Assembly: GCA_964520195.1 (NCBI GenBank) | Contig: CAZFNX010000001.1 | Location: forward strand, 34,421-98,420 | Origin: an uncultured Candidatus Saccharibacteria bacterium | GTDB lineage: Bacteria > Patescibacteriota > Minisyncoccia > Phycocordibacterales > CAIZLB01 | Direction of reading: 5' to 3' | Length of the DNA: 64,000 bases | Shown: positions 10,282 through 19,866 of the stretch, one piece after another | Layout: each line of letters begins with the position of its first letter | How positions within the stretch are numbered: position 1 is the stretch's first letter | The notes under the pieces: model-generated | Databases searched by the model: none | What the model saw: the letters and a program-made list of their open reading frames with translations, nothing else | Told to the model about the DNA's origin: nothing | Program-made: the position numbers and the translations under genes

Positions 10282-10728
10282 ATGATTACTTCATGGGTGT
10301 TTTATTACCGTGAAAGGGTTATTAAAAATATCCCTCACATTTGTAAAATAAAGAAATTAATTCGGGAATATTATTATCTTGAAACAGGTTTTCTAATTCC
10401 TAAATATAGTGAGTTGTTGAAAGTAGTACATAATCCAAGGATCTATATTTCTCGTAGAGCATTAAAGCATTTTGTAGAGAGAAGAAAAGAAGAATTACAT
10501 CTCAAATACGGTGAAGGTGTTGCATTTGATCGTCTTTATTTTGCTATAGATTCTATGGAGATTACTATACAAAAATATGATTCCCGAATCTTTGAAAAAG
10601 GTAAGTTTATATATTCTAAGTATTTCGATACTAAATATAAATCTTTTCTTAGAATTGTAACAGAAATAGTAAATAATCATGAGGAAATAAAATCTATTCA
10701 CTTTAAGAAAAACAAAAAAGCCACCTAA
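10282..10728 (+). CDS. Basic hypothetical protein, possible BECR-fold (PBECR-like) RNase
   Basis: 148 aa, K/R-rich; IYISRRALKHFVERR and terminal LRIVTEI..EIKSIHF resemble this fold; not verified. Confidence 0.5.
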   Translation: MITSWVFYYRERVIKNIPHICKIKKLIREYYYLETGFLIPKYSELLKVVHNPRIYISRRALKHFVERRKEELHLKYGEGVAFDRLYFAIDSMEITIQKYDSRIFEKGKFIYSKYFDTKYKSFLRIVTEIVNNHEEIKSIHFKKNKKAT

Positions 10729-10864
10729 AAGGTGGTGTTTTTGTATAACCTAGGATGACAGCTGGAGTACTAAAGTACCTTTTCATCCATGAGTACCCAA
10801 ACTATATGTTTGTGTCCGCAGCAAGCCGATTAGACGCAAGGTCTATTTTCTGTCGTTAAGCTAT
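10712..10864 (-). ncRNA. Candidate ~150-nt structured RNA convergent with the 10282 gene
   Basis: Minus-strand TTGACA-18-TACAAT at 10900-10871; helices GGATGA/TCATCC, GTAC/GTAC, CAAAC/GTTTG, TAGAC/GTCTA, GACAG/CTGTC; terminator CCACC-taaaa-GGTGG with A/T runs. Confidence 0.6.
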
Positions 10865-10944
10865 GATTGTATTGTATATCTGCTTATATAGTATTGTCAA
10901 TGGTTGTGGTTTTGCATGAAATGCCATATGATACAAAGGTAAGC

Positions 10945-11017
10945 GGGCGATTAGCTCAGTTGGTAGAGCGCAACATTGACGTTGTTGATGTCAGAGGTTC
11001 GAGTCCTCTATCGCCCA
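10945..11017 (+). tRNA. tRNA-Val(GAC), CCA not encoded
   Basis: Acceptor GGGCGAT/ATCGCCC; D arm TAGCTCAGTTGGTAGAGC; anticodon stem CAACA/TGTTG with loop TTGACGT; T loop GGTTCGAGTCC. Confidence 0.96.
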
Positions 11018-11220
11018 CATAATATTGGAATCTTATTGTGATAAAAAATCCGCAGGATTTTTTGGACTCGAAAAGCTTTGCCTTATTTGTGAGGACTTTT
11101 GGTCCGAATCAAATGGCAAAGGTGTACTGAAGCCGTAGGCTTCGAGTCCTCTATCGCTCACATAATATTTGAATCTTATTGTGATAAAAAATCTGTATGC
11201 TTCTAGTCCTCTATCGCCTA
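10998..11220 (+). repeat. Direct repeats of the tRNA-Val 3' end plus trailer (10998-11050, 11141-11193, partial 11201-11220)
   Basis: ttcgagtcctctatcgc(c/t)cacataatatt(g/t)gaatcttattgtgataaaaaatc occurs twice; third copy ttctagtcctctatcgcc. Confidence 0.9.
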
Positions 11221-11248
11221 GAAAGTACATATGTTAGAATATGTGTAT

Positions 11249-11722
11249 ATGGAAAACATACCATCAATAGATGCAAGTAAAGATAATACGAATGAACAGG
11301 AAAAAACCGTGGGTTTTTTGGAAACTGCTATGAAAGGGTATATTGGTTTATGGGGATTTGCTCTTAAAACTTATGTTATGACAGATGAGCTTGAAAAATT
11401 TAAAAAATTTTTCAAGCATGATGAAAGTAGGGCCCAAATAAAAAACGAAACAGGTAGTAGAATACCTGACGATACTCTATGTTTTGTATTACATATTGAA
11501 AATTCAGAAGTAATTGTACCTGCAGGTTCCATGCTTAGTGTGGGCCGTTTGAGTAATAGTGTAATTAAGAAAGAGCGAGGTGCAAAAGTTTCTGTATTGA
11601 GTACAGATGAAAAATCTCAGATTATAGAAATATTAGGACCTGAAAAACTTTCAAATTGTCAAAATTGCGGCGCGCCACTCCAAGGAAAAAGTATTTGTGA
11701 GTATTGTGGAACTCACTATTAA
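11249..11722 (+). CDS. Hypothetical protein with C-terminal zinc ribbon
   Basis: CQNCGAP..ICEYCG; ATG 11249 lies 8 nt after TAGAAT. Confidence 0.7.
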   Translation: MENIPSIDASKDNTNEQEKTVGFLETAMKGYIGLWGFALKTYVMTDELEKFKKFFKHDESRAQIKNETGSRIPDDTLCFVLHIENSEVIVPAGSMLSVGRLSNSVIKKERGAKVSVLSTDEKSQIIEILGPEKLSNCQNCGAPLQGKSICEYCGTHY

Positions 11723-11927
11723 TAAAATCGATAATTTTTAGATAAAAACCTTGTAGGTAATCTATTAGGTTTATTTATTCCCCAAAACTCCGGGCAAAAA
11801 CCTAACATATCACCACACTCTACTGTCGAAGAAAACAGAAAAACCACTCCACATTTAACCATGTGAAGTGGTTTTTCTCATTTTACACCAACCCAACACA
11901 AAACCTATGTAATGTCCATTTGCAAAT

Positions 11928-11979
11928 CCCACAAAGTGGTATAAAATGGTACTAAGTGGGAGAAAGTGGTAAATCCCAC
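11928..11979 (+). promoter_or_regulatory. MraZ-box array (repeated a(a/g)TGG(G/T) at 10-bp period) overlapping the mraZ promoter
   Basis: aaagtggt-ataa-aatggt-acta-agtggg-agaa-agtggt flanked by cccac copies, directly upstream of mraZ. Confidence 0.75.
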
Positions 11980-11997
11980 GAAAGTACGAAAATATAT

Positions 11998-12456
11998 ATG
12001 TTTATCGGCGAATTTACACATACACTCGATGAAAAAAAACGATTGTCACTGCCTTCAAAGTTTCGAAAGGATCTTGGAAAAACAGTGATAATAACACACG
12101 GTCTCGACAGCTGTTTATTTATGTTTACATTGTCTGAGTGGTCAAATATCGCAGCTAAACTTGGCGGACTTTCAATGGGTAACCCTGATTCAAGAGCCTT
12201 CAACCGTATTATGCTCGCAGGAGCTGTTGAGGTTGAGGTTGATACAGCGGGGAGAATACTCATGCCAGATTTTTTGAAAGATTATATAGGATTACCTGCG
12301 ACAGGTGATAAAAAAGCATCTCAAAAACTTGTATTTACCGGAGTTCATACACGAGTTGAGATTTGGGAAGAGACACGATGGAAGGCATATAAGGAAAAGA
12401 TTTTGAAGCAAGCTGATGATCTTGCCTCAAAGTTAGGTGAAATAGGGGTTATATAA
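11998..12456 (+). CDS. mraZ: Division/cell-wall cluster repressor MraZ
   Basis: MFIGEFTHTLDEKKRLSLPSKFR, DTAGRILMP, RVEIW. Confidence 0.96.
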   Translation: MFIGEFTHTLDEKKRLSLPSKFRKDLGKTVIITHGLDSCLFMFTLSEWSNIAAKLGGLSMGNPDSRAFNRIMLAGAVEVEVDTAGRILMPDFLKDYIGLPATGDKKASQKLVFTGVHTRVEIWEETRWKAYKEKILKQADDLASKLGEIGVI

Positions 12457-12470
12457 TTTCACAAAAATAT

Positions 12471-13418
12471 ATGTCACATACAACCGATACTACTATCAAT
12501 ATTCAGAAACATCCAAGACATATCCCGGTGCTTGTCCGAGAGATTACAGATATGTGTTTAGATTCACGCAAACACTTAGATTGTAATCTTGGAGATGCGG
12601 GTCATGTCGAAGCTCTCTTGGTACAAAATCCTCATGTTCACATTCATGCGATAGATGCGGACAATGAAGCAATCAAACGAGCACAGTACTTTTTACAGAA
12701 AAATAATAAGATACAAGATTCAATTTCAAAGAGATTAACCATACATAAGGGTAATTTTTCAGAAATAGAAAAGCTTATAGGAAAAGAGTTTGAAGGTACA
12801 TTTGATTCTATCCTTTTTGACTTAGGTATCAGTACCTATCAGTTGAGTGAATCTCAGAGAGGTTTTTCGTTTAAATTTGATGAACCACTTGATATGAGAT
12901 TTTCAACAAATCCTGTAAATACAGCAGTAGGAGAGTTGACTGCATACGATATTGTTAACAGTTGGTCTCCTGAAAATATTGCTCTGATCTTAAAGACGTA
13001 TGGTGATGAATCTCATGCATGGAAGATAGCAAAAACTATAGAGCGAGAACGGAGTAAGGAAGAAATACGAACATCGAAAGAGCTTGCAGATATTGTAGAA
13101 ATGGTTGTCAGACGACATGGTGGTATACATCCAGCAACAAAAACCTTTCAAGCTATACGAATCGCAGTAAATGCAGAACTTCAAGCTCTTGAATCAGGAC
13201 TTCTACAGGCTGAAAAAATGTTAGCCTCACAAGGAAAGTTGATAGTTATCAGTTACCACAGTCTTGAAGATAGAATTGTAAAAAATATATATAAACAGTT
13301 CGAAGAAGAAGGAAAAGGGATACGAATGAATAAAAAAGTGATTATTCCTCAGGATGATGAGATAGATACGAATCCCCGATCGCGAAGTGCAAAGTTACGA
13401 ATATTTATTAAAAATTAA
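12471..13418 (+). CDS. rsmH: 16S rRNA C1402 methyltransferase
   Basis: HIPVL, DLGISTYQL..RGFSF..PLDMR, HPATKTFQAIRIAVN, NPRSRSAKLR. Confidence 0.96.
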   Translation: MSHTTDTTINIQKHPRHIPVLVREITDMCLDSRKHLDCNLGDAGHVEALLVQNPHVHIHAIDADNEAIKRAQYFLQKNNKIQDSISKRLTIHKGNFSEIEKLIGKEFEGTFDSILFDLGISTYQLSESQRGFSFKFDEPLDMRFSTNPVNTAVGELTAYDIVNSWSPENIALILKTYGDESHAWKIAKTIERERSKEEIRTSKELADIVEMVVRRHGGIHPATKTFQAIRIAVNAELQALESGLLQAEKMLASQGKLIVISYHSLEDRIVKNIYKQFEEEGKGIRMNKKVIIPQDDEIDTNPRSRSAKLRIFIKN

Positions 13419-13441
13419 CAACAGAATATCAATATAAAAAC

Positions 13442-13753
13442 ATGCAAAACCCAATACTAAAAAGCATAACAAATAAAATATCATACACTGGTATGTGTTT
13501 CTCACTCGTTGTACTTCTTTCATTTGGGTATGTTGTGTGTATATATAAGACAGTAACTGTTGCATCTGAACACGAAAAAACTAAAGCTTTGTTTACAGAG
13601 TTGCAAGCTCGTGTAAGTGAGAAGGAACATGTATATATCGAAAAGACTACTGCTATTAGTATGGATGAAGCACTTGCATTAGGGTATCAGAAAAATGGTG
13701 AGACTGTGGCGTATATTAATACAAGTAAAGATGTTGCATTGGCTGTAAGATAA
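13442..13753 (+). CDS. FtsL-like cell division protein
   Basis: TM plus coiled coil plus ALALGY; positioned between rsmH and the PBP gene. Confidence 0.65.
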   Translation: MQNPILKSITNKISYTGMCFSLVVLLSFGYVVCIYKTVTVASEHEKTKALFTELQARVSEKEHVYIEKTTAISMDEALALGYQKNGETVAYINTSKDVALAVR

Positions 13754-13766
13754 TCCTTCGCCTCGT

Positions 13767-15584
13767 ATGAATACGTTCATTTTTAGAGCGCGAATATTGT
13801 CGGTACTTTGTATACTGGGTGTTATGTTGTTGATTTCTAAGCTGTATCTTCTGCAGATTGTAAAGCATCAACTGTATGTTGATTTGGCTGATAAACAGTA
13901 TATTAAAAAGACAAATACAGTGAGCGATCGAGGGACTATTTATATGATGACTAAAGATGGTGTAGCTATTCCTGCTGCAACTATGAAGTCTGGATATACT
14001 GTGTATATCAATGTTAAAGCTTTCAATACTGCCATATCAAAAAATGAATATATAGGAGCTACTGGTGAGACCATACATTCTGTCGATGCTGCGTTGGCAG
14101 ATCTCGAACCACGTTTGGCACACGCTATGATGGCGACGGGTACGGATTCGTTTGCTTTATCGTCTTCATCTATTCCTCATATTGATCCTCAAATATATGT
14201 TGATATAAAAAATAAACCAACTGATCCATACGAAGAAATTGTTAAAGATGTTGGAGATGATCAGGTTGCAGCTGTTAAGGCGTTGAATATGTCTTTTATC
14301 GGTATTGCAAAAGAAAAAAAGAGATATTATCCTGGAGGAGATCTTGCTCCACATGTTATAGGGTTGCTTGGATATAAGGGTGATATTGTTGCTGGTCGAT
14401 ATGGTCTTGAGAAGCAGTATGAGAATACACTCCATAGAAACGGATCTGCATACACTAACTTTTTTGCTGAAATATTTTCAAGTGCAAAACAAATAGCAAC
14501 AGATGGTGCCGATCTTGAGGGTGATATATATACAACAATAGAACCTACTGTACAAAAAGAGCTACAGAAGACAGTTGACGGAATACAAGCAAAACAACAT
14601 TCTCAATTGACTGGTGCTATTATCATGGATCCATATACAGGTGAAATACAAGCGCTTGCTGAAAGTCCAGGTTTTGATCCTGAAAATACAAAGAAAATCA
14701 CAGATATATCTATTTATAAAAATGATATCGTAGAAAGTTCACATGAAATGGGTTCTATTATTAAACCTTTGACTATGGCTATGGGTATAGATACAGATAC
14801 GGTGCATGCAAATAGTACGTATAACGATGAAGGTTTTGTAAAAGTGCATGATAGAACAATCTATAACTTTGATAAAAAAGGAAGAGGAAATATTACCTTG
14901 CAATACGCGCTTTCAAAATCTCTAAACACTGGTTTTGTGCATATTGCTCAGTTGGTTGGTAATGATACGATGACTAAGTATTTTTTAAAGTTTGGATTAG
15001 GAGAAAAGACAGGTATTGATTTACCTGATGAATCTGCTCCACTAACAAAAAATCTTGAAAAAGGAGATGTTGAACATGCAACAGCTTCATTTGGACAAGG
15101 TATCGCCATGACTCCAATAGGAACTATTCGATCTTTAGCCTTGCTTGCAAACGGAGGATATCTTGTTACTCCTCATGTTGTACAAAAAATAAAATATTCA
15201 GTTGGGACATATAAAACTATTGATATTCCAAAACTCAATCCTGCAGATGCATTGTTAAAACCATCAACTATAGATGAGATAAAGCAAATGCTTGTCTACA
15301 ACGTAGATAACTCTCTTCTTGATGGAAAGCGTAAAAATCCTCACTATAGTATAGGTGCAAAAACAGGAACAGCTCAGATTGCTTCTGCGCAAGGGGGATA
15401 TCTTGAAGATAAAAATATTCATACATTTATTGGGTTTTTCCCTGCGTATAAGCCAAAGTGTATAGTTTTCATGTATACTATTGACCCACGAGTAAGTCAG
15501 TATGCATCTGAGTCTTTAGCTAATCCGTTTCTGGATTTAACAGATTTCCTTATTTCTTATTATCAAATACCTCCAGACCGATAG
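13767..15584 (+). CDS. ftsI: Class B penicillin-binding protein (FtsI/PBP3-like)
   Basis: RGTIY, KRYYP, GRYGLE, EMGSIIK (SxxK), SLN, KTGTAQ. Confidence 0.9.
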   Translation: MNTFIFRARILSVLCILGVMLLISKLYLLQIVKHQLYVDLADKQYIKKTNTVSDRGTIYMMTKDGVAIPAATMKSGYTVYINVKAFNTAISKNEYIGATGETIHSVDAALADLEPRLAHAMMATGTDSFALSSSSIPHIDPQIYVDIKNKPTDPYEEIVKDVGDDQVAAVKALNMSFIGIAKEKKRYYPGGDLAPHVIGLLGYKGDIVAGRYGLEKQYENTLHRNGSAYTNFFAEIFSSAKQIATDGADLEGDIYTTIEPTVQKELQKTVDGIQAKQHSQLTGAIIMDPYTGEIQALAESPGFDPENTKKITDISIYKNDIVESSHEMGSIIKPLTMAMGIDTDTVHANSTYNDEGFVKVHDRTIYNFDKKGRGNITLQYALSKSLNTGFVHIAQLVGNDTMTKYFLKFGLGEKTGIDLPDESAPLTKNLEKGDVEHATASFGQGIAMTPIGTIRSLALLANGGYLVTPHVVQKIKYSVGTYKTIDIPKLNPADALLKPSTIDEIKQMLVYNVDNSLLDGKRKNPHYSIGAKTGTAQIASAQGGYLEDKNIHTFIGFFPAYKPKCIVFMYTIDPRVSQYASESLANPFLDLTDFLISYYQIPPDR

Positions 15585-15683
15585 GTACCCTTTGCTCAAA
15601 TGAGAATAATGTAGTACTATATAGGCTTACTCGATATATTATAACCAATATACACAATTTACATATATTAATTTTTTAAATTC

Positions 15684-17048
15684 ATGATCAAAACACACGG
15701 AAGAAAATCTAAGATTATAGCAAAGATTGCAGATAACAATTGTGAGGTAGAATATCTTACAAAACTTATAGATGCTGGGGTAGATGTTATGTGGCTAAAC
15801 ACAGCTCATCAAGGTGAAGAAGAGGCTGTTGAAGTTGTTCGAAGAATACGTGAAGCATCTGATAAAAAAATGTGTATTCTCCTTGATACTAAAGGACCAG
15901 AAACACGTACTAAAGGATTAGAGCATCCTGTTGATGTTAAGAAAGGTGAGATTATTACTATGACAGGTGATTTAACACAAGTTGTTGGTCCTCATAGTAT
16001 TGGTATTGATTATCCTAATTTCCATAACGAGATTCCTGTAGGTGAACTTATTTCATATGATGATAACTCTGTTTCGTTTATTGTAAAAGAAGTTACTGAG
16101 AAAGGATTGCTTTGTGAAGTGCAAAACGATGGACATATAAAAAATAAAAAAAGTGTGAACGTACCAAATGTTCATATCAACCTTCCATCACTAACTCCAA
16201 AAGATATTGGTTTTATTCACTTCTGTGCAAAACACAATATTGATTTCATTATTCACTCATTTGTACGAAATCTACAAGATATAAACGATATTAAAGATAT
16301 TCTTAAAGAGTATCCTGAGTATAAAGGAAAAATTATTTCTAAAATAGAAAACAGAGAAGGGTTTAACAACCGAGATGAGATTCTTGATAATTGTGATGGT
16401 CTTATGGTTGCTCGAGGTGATCTTATGGCCGAAGTACCTCTAGAAGAACTTCCATATATGCAAAAGAAGTTGGTTGAGTCAACTCTTAAAAAAGGAAAAT
16501 ATTGTATTGTTGCTACACAGGTTTTGAAAAACATGGTTAAAAACCCTTCTCCAACTCGAGCTGAGGTGTGTGATATTGGAAATGCTGTACTCGATGGTAC
16601 TCACGGTATTTCAATGAGTGATGAAACTGCATTCGGTGATTATCCTCTTGAAGCTACAAACGTTATGCACCGTGTTATGAAATATACTGAAGAAAAGCGA
16701 GATGAGCTTGTTCATTTTACCGCTGAACCAGTTTCAACTTCTCCTGTATATACATGGGCAAAAGAAGTTGTAACAAAAGCTAAAGCAGAACATGTGACTG
16801 CTATTATTACTAAGATATCTCTTGAAGCAAACAAGGCAATCTCAGCATATCATCCATCTGCTGTTGTATATGCGGGAACATCAGATATTATGGAATATAG
16901 AAACATGAGACTTGGATATGCGCTTGTGCCAGTATTAACAGACGCTTCAGTAGTAGCTGATATACAACACAGTGTATTTCTTACTGTAGATGATAAGATC
17001 ATGCTTTGTGAAGAAAAAGAAGGTAAATTATCATATACAATACTGTAG
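15684..17048 (+). CDS. pyk: Pyruvate kinase
   Basis: LDTKGPE, SKIEN, DGLMVARGDL, PTRAEVCD, SDETA. Confidence 0.96.
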   Translation: MIKTHGRKSKIIAKIADNNCEVEYLTKLIDAGVDVMWLNTAHQGEEEAVEVVRRIREASDKKMCILLDTKGPETRTKGLEHPVDVKKGEIITMTGDLTQVVGPHSIGIDYPNFHNEIPVGELISYDDNSVSFIVKEVTEKGLLCEVQNDGHIKNKKSVNVPNVHINLPSLTPKDIGFIHFCAKHNIDFIIHSFVRNLQDINDIKDILKEYPEYKGKIISKIENREGFNNRDEILDNCDGLMVARGDLMAEVPLEELPYMQKKLVESTLKKGKYCIVATQVLKNMVKNPSPTRAEVCDIGNAVLDGTHGISMSDETAFGDYPLEATNVMHRVMKYTEEKRDELVHFTAEPVSTSPVYTWAKEVVTKAKAEHVTAIITKISLEANKAISAYHPSAVVYAGTSDIMEYRNMRLGYALVPVLTDASVVADIQHSVFLTVDDKIMLCEEKEGKLSYTIL

Positions 17049-17075
17049 TTTGACTCACGTGGTATAATGGGTACT

Positions 17076-17894
17076 GTGAAAATAGTAACCAATAAACGCA
17101 CACAAAAAAATACACTTATTAAATCACCGTATGTTCAGTATGAGCATGGTGATTTGATGTTTATGCAAGATTCTCCTATATACAATGAACAACAACGAGG
17201 GCCATCATATCAAAAACAGTATAGTCTGAAGGTGAAAGATATGCTGACTGAAGATAAGCCTCGTGAAAAGATGCGTATGTCTGGAGCAGCATCGTTGAGT
17301 CTTGTTGAGTTGCTCGCAGTTATACTTGTAACCGGTACTAAAAAAGATGATGTTATGTCTATTGCTCGAAGAGTGGTAAAGGAGTACGGGCAAAGTGCAT
17401 TATCAAGTGCAGGAAAACATCCTGATACACTATCACAAGAGCTTGATATTCCTATTTCAAAAGCTTGTCAGATTATTGCAGCAGGAGAGATAGGTAGAAG
17501 GTTGTTTAGTAAAAACTTAAGTGGATTAACTGTTATACGGACACCTCAAGATGTGTACGAGTATGTCAAAGATATACACAATCTTCCAAAAGAACAGCTC
17601 CGAGGATTATATCTTGATACTCATCATAAGATTATTCATGATGAGGTGTTATCTATTGGAACTATTAATGCAAGTATGGTACATCCTCGTGAAGTTTTTA
17701 AACCAGCTATTGAGTATGGTGCTGCTGCAGTGGTTCTTGTACACAATCATCCTTCTGGAGTAAGTACTCCAAGTCAATCAGATATACAGATTACCTCACA
17801 GATAGTATCTGCAGGTAAAGTCTTAGGTATACATGTTCTTGATCATATTGTGGTAACTCGTGACTCGTTTACAAGTGTACCTGTTGATTATTAA
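17076..17894 (+). CDS. radC: RadC family JAB-domain protein
   Basis: KPREK, VHPREVF, HNHPSG..PSQSD, VLDHIVV; start uncertain (GTG 17076 follows TATAAT). Confidence 0.9.
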   Translation: MKIVTNKRTQKNTLIKSPYVQYEHGDLMFMQDSPIYNEQQRGPSYQKQYSLKVKDMLTEDKPREKMRMSGAASLSLVELLAVILVTGTKKDDVMSIARRVVKEYGQSALSSAGKHPDTLSQELDIPISKACQIIAAGEIGRRLFSKNLSGLTVIRTPQDVYEYVKDIHNLPKEQLRGLYLDTHHKIIHDEVLSIGTINASMVHPREVFKPAIEYGAAAVVLVHNHPSGVSTPSQSDIQITSQIVSAGKVLGIHVLDHIVVTRDSFTSVPVDY

Positions 17895-17926
17895 AAGTCT
17901 ATATACTACTATCAACATATATCAAT

Positions 17927-18619
17927 ATGGGAATTCTATATATTATCGCAACTCCAATAGGTAACATGGGGGACATAACCCTACGAGCAATAGAGACATT
18001 GAAGTCTGTAGATGTTATTTGCGCTGAAGATACTCGTGTTGTTGGAAAACTTTTGAAACAGTTGAATATTCCTCATAAAAAACTTGTCTCAATCAACGAG
18101 TATGCTGATAAAACCAAAATCGCATATGTCATTAACATGCTACAAGATGGTCAATCTGTTGGATATGTATCCGATGCTGGTACTCCTGGTATATCAGATC
18201 CTGGAGCAGTTCTTGTAACGGAAGCTCGTGTAGCGGGAGTATCTATAGTTCCTATAGGAGGTATCTCAGCAGTTACTACAGCTATATCTGTAGCGGGTAT
18301 TCGAGATACGCCGTTTATTTTTTATGGATTTTTACCTCATAAAAAGGGGAGACAGAAGATATTGGATAATCTTATCTCTCAAGATATAACTGTTGTATTA
18401 TATGAGTCTCCACATCGATATATGAAGCTCTTGGAAGAGCTTAGGGATAAGGAGGTTGAGCATGGATTGTCTATATCTGTCACTGTTTGTCGAGAGTTGA
18501 CTAAGGTGTATGAAGATATTAGACAAGGTAGTCCATACGAGCTTATAGAATATTATACCACACACAAAGATACAATTCGGGGTGAATTTGTTTTGATTGT
18601 AAAGCCAATGCGTGTATGA
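17927..18619 (+). CDS. rsmI: 16S rRNA C1402 2'-O-methyltransferase
   Basis: LYIIATPIGNMGDIT, AEDTR, SDAGTPGISDPG, YESPHR, RELTK. Confidence 0.96.
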   Translation: MGILYIIATPIGNMGDITLRAIETLKSVDVICAEDTRVVGKLLKQLNIPHKKLVSINEYADKTKIAYVINMLQDGQSVGYVSDAGTPGISDPGAVLVTEARVAGVSIVPIGGISAVTTAISVAGIRDTPFIFYGFLPHKKGRQKILDNLISQDITVVLYESPHRYMKLLEELRDKEVEHGLSISVTVCRELTKVYEDIRQGSPYELIEYYTTHKDTIRGEFVLIVKPMRV

Positions 18620-19836
18620 TTATAGGTATGAAAAAGTTCCTGCAAACTTTTATAACTATAGGGGTGGTGGTTTTGATTTTTTTTATATGTCTTCGGATAT
18701 TTGCCTCTGATTCATTTCCTGAGCTTGGTCGGGTGATTGCATTTGAAGGTACAAGTACTGTGAGTACTTCAACTGCTGCAGATGTTGCTACGACTACATA
18801 TGAAGAACCAAAAAAGATTGTTCATATGAATATGCCTGATGAAGTTCGTGGTATATATGTAAGCTCGTATAGTTTTTTAAGTGATACGTTTCGAAAAAAA
18901 CTTGACTCGATGATTGACAATACAACAATAAACACTATTGTAGTCGATATTAAAGATGCTCCAGGAACTATTTTATTTGACATAGGTCTTGACTCGCCAT
19001 GTGTACAATCATTGTTAAGTAAGGAAAAGCTAGAAGAAAGGTTGGCGTATTATCAAAGTAAGGGTATATACACTGTCGCACGTATAGCTGTATTTCGTGA
19101 TGCGTGTTTTGTAAAAGAACATCCTGAACTTGCAGTTAAAGATATGCAAGGTAATCCATGGAGAGATTTTAAGGGTAACTACTGGCTATCTCCTCATCAG
19201 CAAGAGACAAAGGAGTATATTAGAGATATGGCTAAGGCGGTATATGATAGAGGGTTTGATGAAGTACAGTTTGACTATGTTCGCTATCCATCAGATGGAA
19301 ATATGAAAAATGTCGCATATCAATATATTTCAGATGTTGATGCATCTTCTACTCCTATGGTAAAGCGAAGAGCTACACTTAAAAGTTTCTTTTCGTATAT
19401 GAGATCTGAACTCACTGGTATACCTATATCAGCTGATGTATTTGGTATGGTTCTAACAAATACAGACGATTTAACTATCGGTCAACATCTTGATGATATT
19501 GCACCTTATGTAGATGCGCTTTCTGGTATGATTTATCCATCTCATTTTCCTAAACAATGGAATGGTCTACGAGATACTCATGCACAACCATATGAGACTA
19601 TCTATGATTCATCTAAGATGGGTCTTGATCGTATGACTGTGTTGTTTGGTAGTTCAACTGCTCGAAAACTTTCTCGGCCATGGTTGCAAGATTTTAGTAT
19701 TTTTGGAGTTGTATATAATGCACCGGAGGTAAAGGCTGAAATTAAGGCGCTTGATGATTTGGGTATTCATAATTTTCTCCTCTGGAATGCGTCAAATAGG
19801 TATACTCCAGGAGTATTGGATAAGTCTAGTTTTTAA
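18616..19836 (+). CDS. Putative glycoside hydrolase (DUF4015-like), membrane anchored
   Basis: VRGIY, NTIVVDIKD, ARIAVFRD, GFDEVQFDYVRYP, MIYPSH, RPWLQDF, LWNASNRY. Confidence 0.85.
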   Translation: MIIGMKKFLQTFITIGVVVLIFFICLRIFASDSFPELGRVIAFEGTSTVSTSTAADVATTTYEEPKKIVHMNMPDEVRGIYVSSYSFLSDTFRKKLDSMIDNTTINTIVVDIKDAPGTILFDIGLDSPCVQSLLSKEKLEERLAYYQSKGIYTVARIAVFRDACFVKEHPELAVKDMQGNPWRDFKGNYWLSPHQQETKEYIRDMAKAVYDRGFDEVQFDYVRYPSDGNMKNVAYQYISDVDASSTPMVKRRATLKSFFSYMRSELTGIPISADVFGMVLTNTDDLTIGQHLDDIAPYVDALSGMIYPSHFPKQWNGLRDTHAQPYETIYDSSKMGLDRMTVLFGSSTARKLSRPWLQDFSIFGVVYNAPEVKAEIKALDDLGIHNFLLWNASNRYTPGVLDKSSF

Positions 19837-19866
19837 CGCAGATTTGCTGTATAATCGCGACTATAT

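Noticed and set aside
10998-11220. Possible CRISPR mini-array or prophage att sites
   Set aside because: Repeats are tRNA-derived with unequal spacing; no cas or integrase gene in the window
17076-17894. radC as a marker of a mobile element
   Set aside because: Full-length chromosomal type among housekeeping genes with no mobility genes nearby
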